This document shows, piece after piece, positions 7,597 through 15,342 of a stretch of DNA of 57,267 bases. Each line of letters opens with the position of its first letter. Position 1 is the first letter of the stretch. A program made the position numbers and the translations under genes. The notes beneath the pieces are model-generated. The model made no database searches and was not told the origin of the DNA. It saw only the letters and a program-made list of their open reading frames with translations. Origin of the DNA: a virus (lineage: Duplodnaviria; Caudoviricetes); the IMG/VR virus record IMGVR_UViG_3300043398_000440, positions 1-57,267 of that record; one strand, 5' to 3'.

Positions 7597-7669
7597 CGCG
7601 GGGTATGGTAACGGCTAACCTGCCAGGTTCATGTCCTAGGCGATCTGGGTTCGAATCCCAGCTCCGCAA
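7597..7669 (+). tRNA. tRNA-Met(CAT), initiator-like
   Basis: CGCGGGG.../...CTCCGCA-A with C1:A72 mismatch, anticodon CAT at 7630-7632, T-arm CTGGG-TTCGAAT-CCCAG; CCA not encoded. Confidence 0.75.
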
Positions 7670-7701
7670 GTTTACTTTTTTTGAAGGAACACAAGAAAGA
7701 C

Positions 7702-8220
7702 ATGGACACACCTACCGCCAGTACAGAGCCCGTCATCCAGGATCTGGCGCCCGAAGACAAAAAACTTGTCTGGCCAGACGCAGCCGCGTTCATGGACGAC
7801 GAAACCTCAGCCGAGGCAATAGCTTTGGCGGCGGTCGAAATCCTCTCAGTGCTGGAGCACATCAACCGGGCAGTAGTGAAGTGCGCGGGCAGCGTCCTGC
7901 CACTTGGCGTGAAGATGGCGTTCATCAAGAAAACACGCAACGCGGTCAACCAGCTGTACCTGGGCGTGCCTAACCAACAGGTGTTGGCGGTTGAAGCCCT
8001 GGTCGCGACTGAGTTGTTCGGCGACCAAGCCCAAGAAATTGTCGGTGGAAAAGAGAACGTTGACGCCACCAGCCCAGAGGTGATGGCGCCGAGCTACGGC
8101 GATCCAGACGCGTTCACGGGCAACGGGGGAGTAGTAGCAACTGGTAAAACGTCGGCTTCCAATCCCGAAGTTGCGGGTTCGAATCCCGAATCCCCCGCCA
8201 TGCCGGAGTACCCGCAGTAG
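7702..8220 (+). CDS. Hypothetical acidic protein whose 3' end overlaps a tRNA
   Basis: Strong codon bias; SD-like AAGGA/AGA upstream. Confidence 0.7.
   Translation: MDTPTASTEPVIQDLAPEDKKLVWPDAAAFMDDETSAEAIALAAVEILSVLEHINRAVVKCAGSVLPLGVKMAFIKKTRNAVNQLYLGVPNQQVLAVEALVATELFGDQAQEIVGGKENVDATSPEVMAPSYGDPDAFTGNGGVVATGKTSASNPEVAGSNPESPAMPEYPQ
8125..8200 (+). tRNA. tRNA-Trp(CCA)-like, degenerate, inside a CDS
   Basis: GGGGGAG...TCGGC-TTCCAAT-CCCGA...GCGGG-TTCGAAT-CCCGA-ATCCCCC-GCCA; several stem mismatches. Confidence 0.6.
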
Positions 8221-8324
8221 CGATGGCAGCCAATTCTCCAAACGGCCGCGCTGTTTACAAATCAGTCAGTGCAGCGTTTTTGCTTGGCGACCAGACAGAT
8301 TTTCACTGACCCAAGGAGTTTTTC

Positions 8325-8465
8325 ATGACGCAGCACCAAGCAGTTCTAGCCCTCATCGAACTAACCACAGCATTGCAAGTGCTCAATGAGCTACCCACTG
8401 ATTCCAGTGTGCGGCAAAACTATGTAAAACTGCTTAGTATTCTATTTCGGGTTGCTGGTGTGTAG
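8325..8465 (+). CDS. Small hypothetical protein (46 aa)
   Basis: AAGGAG SD; MTQHQAVLALIELTTALQVLNELP...; absent from the ORF track. Confidence 0.55.
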   Translation: MTQHQAVLALIELTTALQVLNELPTDSSVRQNYVKLLSILFRVAGV

Positions 8466-8471
8466 GCAGGC

Positions 8472-9419
8472 ATGATAGTATCAAACGATGAGTTCAGGGC
8501 AATCTGCTCCAGTCTTGCCCCGCTAGTCCAGCAGGCGCGCGAGCTAAGTGTCACCCTGGCAGCCGAGCAGCTTGCTCTGGACCGGCGACATGAGACCATC
8601 TTCGTCGCCACACGCAGCACAGGCAAAACCGCCATCGGCCGCGCCAGCAAGTTTGGCAGCGACCCGACCATTTGCGAGGTCGGCGGCTACTTTGACGCGC
8701 AAGGCGGCGAGACCCTGCGCGCACTGGAAAAGACCCTCGCAGCCATGCTCAAGGTGTATCGCGAGCAGCGCGCCATCATGCCCAAGTACCGGCCAAAGAT
8801 TTTCCTGCGTTCTGAAACCTGGGCGCAGCTCAAGCCGCGCTTTCACTGGGTCGATCAGCATCAGGTTGCCGAGATTGAGTTTCCACGCAACCTCTTTTAC
8901 CAGGCATTACAGCATCTGGGCGCGCCCGACGCCGCGCTTGCGTTCTTTGGTCCTGCCTGGCTGGAGGGCTGCCAGGACTCGACCGGACGACTGCTGCCAG
9001 GGCTGGCATTTGACGCGCTGGAGCACGCGATCGGGCAACCCGAGCTACGCGGCACCTCAGCTAAATGGCAGGGCCACGCCCACGCAGCAGCTAAACACAT
9101 TCAGTCGCAGCCCGATCTAGCCTTTTGGTTGCCGTACTTAGCTCCAGCCGACAAGCACGTGTACAGTCACGATGCTAAGCTAACAATCCCGCTAGAGCGC
9201 ACTTTGGAGCGGATACGTTCAGGGAGACAAGCGCGGCAAATACCGGAGCTACCGTACGGAATGACTGGCCCACAGTTCGTGAAGCACTTAGAACACGCAG
9301 GTGTGTGGCATCAGAACAACAAAAAATTTCTTGAGTGGGCGAGACCTTACGCGGTCGGTGCAACTTTTCTGAAATCTAACTTGACGGCTGATGCCTTGAG
9401 ACGTATGTTACAGGAATGA
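8472..9419 (+). CDS. Hypothetical protein
   Basis: 315-aa ORF, ATGA-coupled to the recombinase. Confidence 0.75.
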   Translation: MIVSNDEFRAICSSLAPLVQQARELSVTLAAEQLALDRRHETIFVATRSTGKTAIGRASKFGSDPTICEVGGYFDAQGGETLRALEKTLAAMLKVYREQRAIMPKYRPKIFLRSETWAQLKPRFHWVDQHQVAEIEFPRNLFYQALQHLGAPDAALAFFGPAWLEGCQDSTGRLLPGLAFDALEHAIGQPELRGTSAKWQGHAHAAAKHIQSQPDLAFWLPYLAPADKHVYSHDAKLTIPLERTLERIRSGRQARQIPELPYGMTGPQFVKHLEHAGVWHQNNKKFLEWARPYAVGATFLKSNLTADALRRMLQE

Positions 9420-10165
9420 AGCGAAACATTGCATACGTGCGGGTATCAACCACGGCTCAGCTTGAAGGCAACGGACCGGCGGCACAACGGGCCGACATCA
9501 CTAACTGGGCGGCGATGACCGGAACCACGATAGACGAATGGGTCACGGAAGATGAGACCGGCACCGAAGCAGATCGCGAGCAGATTCTGCTGTTGAAGCA
9601 GCGCGCGGCGGCGGGCGAGCTGGGGACACTGGTGATCTCGCAAACTTCCCGCCTGGGTCGCGAGCTGTGGGTCAGTGAACACCTGTTCAACTACTTTGCC
9701 AAGCACGGCGTGGAAGTCGTGAGCGCTAACGAGCTGTTCGGCAAGGGTCGATCTGGCGTGTTGGCGCGGCAAGTGATGGGCGCGGTGGCGCAGTACCAAA
9801 AAGACGCGCACTTGGACCACATGAAAGCGACGCGTTTAGCTGCTACGGTGGGGCGAGGTACCAGCATGGGTGGGCAGTCGGCCTACGGGTACCGCGCGGC
9901 CGGCAAAGGGGCATTGCATGTGGATGCGCATGAAGCGCGCTTGGTGGCACGGACGTTTGATCTGGCCGGTACGGGGATTACTCTGGAGCGCGTGGCGGAG
10001 CTGCTCGCTGAAGAAGGCTTCCGCACTCGCAAAGGAACACGTATTGCGCGAATGCAGGTGCTACGGCTGCTGCGTCGAGAGGGCGTGTACCGAGGCCAAG
10101 CACCTGTTAATCATGTCGAACTGGAACCTGGCGTTAAGCCCGCGCAGCCGGCGGTCCTGAAATGA
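9416..10165 (+). CDS. Serine recombinase (resolvase plus recombinase domain)
   Basis: IAYVRVST catalytic Ser, SRLGR, GGQSAYGY, LAEEGFRTRKG. Confidence 0.9.
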   Translation: MKRNIAYVRVSTTAQLEGNGPAAQRADITNWAAMTGTTIDEWVTEDETGTEADREQILLLKQRAAAGELGTLVISQTSRLGRELWVSEHLFNYFAKHGVEVVSANELFGKGRSGVLARQVMGAVAQYQKDAHLDHMKATRLAATVGRGTSMGGQSAYGYRAAGKGALHVDAHEARLVARTFDLAGTGITLERVAELLAEEGFRTRKGTRIARMQVLRLLRREGVYRGQAPVNHVELEPGVKPAQPAVLK

Positions 10166-10449
10166 GGCCCAAGCTAACCCCGCTCCAGAAAAAGCATCGA
10201 ATACCCCCACTCGATGACGACGGCTTTGTGCTTCCAAGCGCGCGACCGTACGCGGCGAACTGGTATCGTATTCGGTATCAGGCTGCGACACCTAGCGCGG
10301 CTACAGGAGCGGAGGTTATTAGAGGCCATCGACCTGATTTGCGTGTCGGCAAGCCCATAATCATCAACCGTAATAAAACTCCAGTTGGGGTCTCATTCAG
10401 CATTGAAGCACTCGTAGCAGGGCTCAAGCAAATGGGGTCCCATGAGTGA
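10162..10449 (+). CDS. Hypothetical protein
   Basis: ATGA coupling. Confidence 0.5.
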   Translation: MRPKLTPLQKKHRIPPLDDDGFVLPSARPYAANWYRIRYQAATPSAATGAEVIRGHRPDLRVGKPIIINRNKTPVGVSFSIEALVAGLKQMGSHE

Positions 10450-10609
10450 CGCTGATCGCAAGCTTGCCGTGGTTGATGTAGACACGAAGCCTGCAGTGCC
10501 CTGCGCAGATTGCGCAGATGTAGTGCGGTTACGCGCGGAAAACGAAGAACTAAAACTGAGAATCCTGCGGCTCGAAGACCGAATCGCTGAACTGAACAAA
10601 GGAATTTAA
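10442..10609 (+). CDS. Small CxxC/coiled-coil protein
   Basis: MSDADRKLAVVDVDTKPAVPCADCADVVRLRAENEELKLRILRLEDRIAELNKGI; absent from the ORF track. Confidence 0.55.
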   Translation: MSDADRKLAVVDVDTKPAVPCADCADVVRLRAENEELKLRILRLEDRIAELNKGI

Positions 10610-10616
10610 CGTATGC

Positions 10617-11198
10617 ATGTCACGACGCCGATCCCGGCCACTATGGCTGCGGGCAATCAAAGACCCAGAAGCACAAGCCTTTCTCAAAGCTAACGCTGCC
10701 GAGTTTCCAGTCAACAGTTTCTTGCCGGATCCAATCGAGTTCGGGCAGAAGCGCAAGTTCGCCAACCAACAAATTGCCGACCTGATGGCATCGCAAATGC
10801 CGTTCAGCAACCCACACCACCAGCGGCTGGCCGAGCTGTTTTTGTCGGTGCCGCCGCGCGAGATTGCCGGCAAGCTGGACTGGCCGCGCAGCCTGGTTTA
10901 CAGCCAGTTGCGCGCACTCAAGCGTTTCGTACTGGCCAAGCACCGTCGAGAGAAGGCCGCGTTGCTGCATGGCCGAGGTCGCGATGCCGAGTTGGAGGCG
11001 CCGCCCGATGTAATCGCGATCGACCAAGTCAGCTTCACGCTGCATGAGCGCACAGCAACCGCGTACCTGGTATCGCGCGGCAACCAAGAGTTTTGGGTCG
11101 ACGAGGCAGGCGTGAAATTCTCTGCCTCGGTTCAGGAGTGCCTGAACGAGCTGGAGGAGCATCGCGAGCAGTTTGAAATCCTAGATGTGGCGGACTGA
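10617..11198 (+). CDS. Hypothetical protein with possible HTH
   Basis: PPREIAGKLDWPRSLVYSQLRALK resembles a sigma region-4 type HTH. Confidence 0.6.
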   Translation: MSRRRSRPLWLRAIKDPEAQAFLKANAAEFPVNSFLPDPIEFGQKRKFANQQIADLMASQMPFSNPHHQRLAELFLSVPPREIAGKLDWPRSLVYSQLRALKRFVLAKHRREKAALLHGRGRDAELEAPPDVIAIDQVSFTLHERTATAYLVSRGNQEFWVDEAGVKFSASVQECLNELEEHREQFEILDVAD

Positions 11199-11701
11199 TG
11201 GCGCGCAAACGACCTGAGTTCCCGCGACTAGTGTTGGCTATCGACCCTGCCAAGGCCGCCGGCTTTGCCCTGTTCGTCGGTCGCAAACTCACCCAGTATG
11301 GCGCGGTCGACGGCAGCACCTGGGCAAGCATGGCCCCGGTGTTCGCCACCGCAGTGGCTGATCAATCCCCAAAACCCGGCGACGAAATGGTGTGTGTCAT
11401 CGAGGATGGCTGGTGGGCACCTGGCCGAATGAATGGCAAAGCAATGTTGACACTAGGCAGACGTCGCGGCTTGGCTCAAGGTGCTGCTGAGGCATGCGGG
11501 TTTACCAAGTTTGAGTACATCGGCCCTAGTACGTGGCAAAACGCACTATTTGGCTATATTGGCGGCCGTGACACTAAAGAGCTTAGCATGACCTATGCCT
11601 CCAGTATGGGTGCGGTAACAACCAGTCACGACGCTGCCGATGCTGTCTGTTTAGGCGCGTATTACCTGCAGTCACTTGACTTACTGTTGAAATCAGCCTA
11701 A
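11198..11701 (+). CDS. RuvC-like Holliday junction resolvase
   Basis: VLAIDPAKAAGFA, CVIED, HDAADAVCLG. Confidence 0.85.
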   Translation: MARKRPEFPRLVLAIDPAKAAGFALFVGRKLTQYGAVDGSTWASMAPVFATAVADQSPKPGDEMVCVIEDGWWAPGRMNGKAMLTLGRRRGLAQGAAEACGFTKFEYIGPSTWQNALFGYIGGRDTKELSMTYASSMGAVTTSHDAADAVCLGAYYLQSLDLLLKSA

Positions 11702-11710
11702 TGTCATCGG

Positions 11711-11902
11711 ATGGAAGCTGACGTTAGAGCCTTGGTTGAACGCCTAAAAATAGCGCTCAAGGACCAATTCAAAATTGAACTGAGTTTCGCTATGTACGCG
11801 ACCGAGTCATCGGCTAGCGCCCTGGCCGGTGCTGATGCGCGCGTGGCGAACGCTGAGGCGACGTTGATAGCGCTGGTCAAGTCCGCAATTCGAAAGGTTT
11901 AG
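11711..11902 (+). CDS. Hypothetical protein
   Basis: Preceded by TTGACT-N17-TAATGT (11676-11704). Confidence 0.5.
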   Translation: MEADVRALVERLKIALKDQFKIELSFAMYATESSASALAGADARVANAEATLIALVKSAIRKV

Positions 11903-11909
11903 CCGCTGC

Positions 11910-12839
11910 ATGGCGATCGCCGCGTCCTCATCCGAATCCGAGTACCTGAGCAACTCGCGCAGCTACGTATTCAATAAATGCCTGCGCGCTTACGATTATA
12001 AGTACCGTAAAAAGATCAAGACTCGCTCTGGCAAAATGGGCTTCAAATCTTGGCACCGCATGTTTCGCGGCATTGCGATTCACTCGGCAATCGAGGCGGG
12101 GTTCCTCGGCCAGCCGTTGGTCGCGGCTGTGTGTGCGAAGTGCGACAAGGAGCGCGGTAACGGGCTAACTCCCGAGCAGACCGAAGCACTGGCGGTGATC
12201 GAAGAGGAGTCCCCAATCGTTGCGCAGTCGTTGCTAGACTGGCTGCCCGCAAGCGACTGGGAGCCTATGCAGCACTTAGGAAAGCCAATGGTTGAGGCAC
12301 GCTTGGAATGGAGCTTGCCGCATTGGCGAGGTTTTCTCGGGTTTGCCGATCTAGTGGCGCGCCACAAACCGAGCGGGCGCGTGATGGTGCTTGATTGGAA
12401 GACTCGGGAAACGTTCGAAGATGAAGACGTGGACCGCTTCAATGCGCAGTTTGCGCTGTACCAGTACGTGCTAGCAAAGATGGGGATTCAAACACACGGT
12501 TCGTTATTGGTCGAAGCTAAGCCGACGACTCCTAAGCGCGCTCCAAAAACCATTCGCGATGATTTTGGTGGCATTGACTGCGTGCGGGTTAGCGCTGATG
12601 GCCGTTTTCGCAGTATTCCTACTTATCGCAGCCCGACTATGCTTCAGGCCTTTTGGGATGATTTTAGTGTGCAAGCGAAAGTCATCGCCAACATCCGCGA
12701 CGACGAAATCTACCGAAGCATGGGAGCCTTCGCCTGCAAAGATTGCGACTTTCAACAGCTTTGCATGGCCGAGCTTAATGGCCACGATGTCGAACACGTT
12801 TTGAGCGCGCGATACTCGACCCTCGCCATTGTGCCGTAG
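11910..12839 (+). CDS. PD-(D/E)XK exonuclease (RecB/Cas4-like)
   Basis: KCLRAYDYKY, RGIAIH, GFADLV, VLDWKT, QFALY, C-terminal CKDCDFQQLC. Confidence 0.85.
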   Translation: MAIAASSSESEYLSNSRSYVFNKCLRAYDYKYRKKIKTRSGKMGFKSWHRMFRGIAIHSAIEAGFLGQPLVAAVCAKCDKERGNGLTPEQTEALAVIEEESPIVAQSLLDWLPASDWEPMQHLGKPMVEARLEWSLPHWRGFLGFADLVARHKPSGRVMVLDWKTRETFEDEDVDRFNAQFALYQYVLAKMGIQTHGSLLVEAKPTTPKRAPKTIRDDFGGIDCVRVSADGRFRSIPTYRSPTMLQAFWDDFSVQAKVIANIRDDEIYRSMGAFACKDCDFQQLCMAELNGHDVEHVLSARYSTLAIVP

Positions 12840-12902
12840 CGCGCATTCCGCACCATTTGTACGTTTTGTACACTTTTACACGTTATTAGGAGTCCGATAT
12901 GC

Positions 12903-13709
12903 ATGCCGATTCGCAAACTGACCGTCACCAAAGACCAGCCGATCCGCCGCAAGATCCTGCTAGCAGGTAAAACCGGTAGCGGCAAAACCCACCTGGCAGG
13001 CACCGCGCAAGACGTGCCCGAAATGGCCAACGTGCTTTGCGCCAGCATCGACGGCGGTATCAGCACGCTGGCCTCGCGCGGCGACATTCTCTACGACGTA
13101 ACCAAGGGCATCAACTCGGTCGAAGAGCTGCTGTGGCTGCTGGTGCGCAAAGACCCGAGCGTGGCGGGAGTACAGACGCTGCTGCTGGACGGTGCCAGCG
13201 AGTTGCAAAAGGCAGACTTGGCTGACCTGGCCGAGACTGCAGCCAAAAAGGTCAATCCCAACAAAGAAAAGCAGCGCGACAAAGACGTCAATGAGCTGCT
13301 CGACTACAAGAAAAACAAAGGCCGCATGCTGCGCATCCTGCGCATGGCGCGCGACATTCCCGACATCAACCTGATTGTGACCTGCTGGGTGGCCGAGCAG
13401 TACCCGGTCGATCCGCAAACCAACCTGCCCAACAAACTCGCCAAGCCAATCAAGACTTGGCCTGACCTCAGCCAGGCTGTGCGCGACGTTGCTCTTGGAT
13501 ATTTCGACGATGTACACACCTTGGTCGAGGAAAAAGGCGTGCGTTACCTGTACACAGGCGACTACAAAGGCGTCTTTGGCAAAACCCGCGACCCCGCAGT
13601 GGCTAAAGAATTGAGTACAGAAATCGAAGGATCTCGTGTGCCTGTCTTGATTAACCCTACTTTTGCTGATATCTACGCACGGTATCGCAAGGCGTATAAA
13701 CAGATCTAA
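12903..13709 (+). CDS. Sak4/AAA_24-like ATPase (recombination)
   Basis: KILLAGKTGSGKTHLA, LLLDG, GYFDDV; lies between nuclease and SSB. Confidence 0.8.
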   Translation: MPIRKLTVTKDQPIRRKILLAGKTGSGKTHLAGTAQDVPEMANVLCASIDGGISTLASRGDILYDVTKGINSVEELLWLLVRKDPSVAGVQTLLLDGASELQKADLADLAETAAKKVNPNKEKQRDKDVNELLDYKKNKGRMLRILRMARDIPDINLIVTCWVAEQYPVDPQTNLPNKLAKPIKTWPDLSQAVRDVALGYFDDVHTLVEEKGVRYLYTGDYKGVFGKTRDPAVAKELSTEIEGSRVPVLINPTFADIYARYRKAYKQI

Positions 13710-13725
13710 CCAAGGAGCATCGCAG

Positions 13726-14151
13726 ATGACTATGACAGCTAACCCAGTTTCAGCAGACCAAGAAGAGTTCGTTTTGCCGCCAGACACAGGCAACGGAGGC
13801 TCGCGCTACGACTTTGATGGCGAGTGTGAGGTGGAGATCACCGAAGCCAAGGCCAGCGTCTCCAAAAAAGGCAACCCGATGGCGGTGTTGACCGTGGTGG
13901 GTCTCGACGGACCCGCCGAGGGCTTGCAATTCACGGACTACGCGGTCGATTTCCGGCTGCGCAATCTCGCGGCGGCTGCCTGGGGCGATAAAACCCCGCG
14001 CTCGGAGCCGTTGACATTCAGCTTGAAGCGGGCTGTGGGTAGCCGAGTGATCGCGAAATTTGTCTCGGAAGAGTACAACGGCAAGCGCCGCGCCAAGATT
14101 GCGGAGTACTTGAGTGCGAAGTCTGGTGGCGGGGCCCCGCTGCCTTTCTAG
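13726..14151 (+). CDS. Single-stranded DNA-binding protein (DUF669-like)
   Basis: SKKGNPM, EEYNGKRRAKI, C-terminal LPF; SD AAGGAG. Confidence 0.75.
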   Translation: MTMTANPVSADQEEFVLPPDTGNGGSRYDFDGECEVEITEAKASVSKKGNPMAVLTVVGLDGPAEGLQFTDYAVDFRLRNLAAAAWGDKTPRSEPLTFSLKRAVGSRVIAKFVSEEYNGKRRAKIAEYLSAKSGGGAPLPF

Positions 14152-14218
14152 AGTGTTCAAGGAACGGCGTGCCGCGCGCTAGCCTCGCTGCTTAGAAGGC
14201 GGGCACGCCCAACCCAAC

Positions 14219-14290
14219 GCCTGTATAGCTCAAGCGGCAGAGTGATCGCCTTGTAAGCGATTGATCGGTGTTCGATTCACCGTGCAGGCT
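14219..14290 (+). tRNA. tRNA-Thr(TGT)
   Basis: GCCTGTA/TGCAGGC acceptor, ATCGC-CTTGTAA-GCGAT, CGGTG-TTCGATT-CACCG. Confidence 0.9.
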
Positions 14291-14316
14291 TTTTTAGCAT
14301 TTGGAGCTGACTATGC

Positions 14317-14616
14317 ATGCCTACGAGACCAGACCTACACCGTCGTCGGCAAGCGCGTTACGCGTATCTAAACGAGATAAAGGCACGCACACCCTGCGCC
14401 GATTGCAAGCAACTACATCATCCTTGCGCAGTCGACTTTGACCACATCGCCAATGATAAACTGGATGCACTATCTAGTATGGCGCTGCGTACGGTTTCAA
14501 TGGCGGTGATTGATGCTGAGATTAAAAAATGCGAGGTTGTGTGCAGCAACTGTCACAGAATGCGCACGCATTTGCGGCGCGAGGCCAAGAAAAACCGCCA
14601 GGCTCCGTTCGTCTAG
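14317..14616 (+). CDS. HNH endonuclease-like protein
   Basis: PCADC, DFDH, EIKKCEVVCSNCHRMRT. Confidence 0.8.
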   Translation: MPTRPDLHRRRQARYAYLNEIKARTPCADCKQLHHPCAVDFDHIANDKLDALSSMALRTVSMAVIDAEIKKCEVVCSNCHRMRTHLRREAKKNRQAPFV

Positions 14617-14680
14617 CACCCTAGGACGCCCGTGTTTTCAAACGCGTGAAACGCTGGTGGGAATCCGGCACGGAGCACCA
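14602..14680 (+). tRNA. Atypical tRNA-Glu(TTC)-like gene
   Basis: GCTCCGT/ACGGAGC-ACCA acceptor, Glu-like TCGTCTAG...AGGAC D-arm, enlarged anticodon arm, T-loop TGGGAAT. Confidence 0.7.
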
Positions 14681-14682
14681 AG

Positions 14683-15342
14683 TTGCGCACAGTCAATATA
14701 ATCGCAGACATTGCCGGTCGCTACGATGAGTTGCAGGCGTTGCTCAAGCTGATGCCTAAAGCTAGTCTAACGCTAGCCCTCGGCGATTTGGTCGATCGCG
14801 GCCCCAAGTCGCGCCAAGTAGTCGAGTGGTTCATGGCCAAGCCGCGCTCGCGCCAGGCGCTCTTCGGCAACCATGAGCTGATGATGCTCGAAGCATCGCG
14901 CGACTTCGCGTTTGGCACGCATCCGTACTGGTACTATAACGGTGGTGACGCCACCATGACGTCCTACGGCTGGCAGGCAGTACCTGAGGCCCACCTACAG
15001 TGGCTAGAAACGCGCCCTGCGTGGTATCGCACTGATGGACTGTTTGTCAGCCACGCTCCGGTTCGAGATATCGGGGCAATACCAAAACGGTACGGCTGGA
15101 ATTGGCGCGAGTGGGCAGGCCGTGAAAGCGCCTGGCCATGGAATCGCTATCTGAGCGGACGCCCCATGCCTGGCCGCTTCATGGTGTATGGACACAACTC
15201 GCATTACGACGAACACTACTACACGGACGATGAGGGCAACATGCATCAGTATGCCGTTTGCATCGACAACTCACGCGAGAAAGAGCTGATGGGCATGCAT
15301 TGGCCAACCAAGGAACTATTCAAGGTTCCGTATGCTGGTTGA
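14683..15342 (+). CDS. Ser/Thr protein phosphatase-like metallophosphoesterase
   Basis: ADIAG, LGDLVDRGPKS, GNHE, NGG, FVSHA, VYGHN; TTG start. Confidence 0.85.
   Translation: MRTVNIIADIAGRYDELQALLKLMPKASLTLALGDLVDRGPKSRQVVEWFMAKPRSRQALFGNHELMMLEASRDFAFGTHPYWYYNGGDATMTSYGWQAVPEAHLQWLETRPAWYRTDGLFVSHAPVRDIGAIPKRYGWNWREWAGRESAWPWNRYLSGRPMPGRFMVYGHNSHYDEHYYTDDEGNMHQYAVCIDNSREKELMGMHWPTKELFKVPYAG

Noticed and set aside
11910-12839. Cas4 as evidence of CRISPR-Cas
   Set aside because: No array or other cas genes; the nuclease-Sak4-SSB context is a standard phage recombination module
14166-14209. Hairpin GGCGTGCC/GGCACGCC as a separate ncRNA
   Set aside because: A single hairpin after the SSB gene; more simply an mRNA-stabilising or processing structure
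14602-14680. Selenocysteine tRNA (UCA)
   Set aside because: 7-bp acceptor stem and no long variable arm; the body is Glu-like
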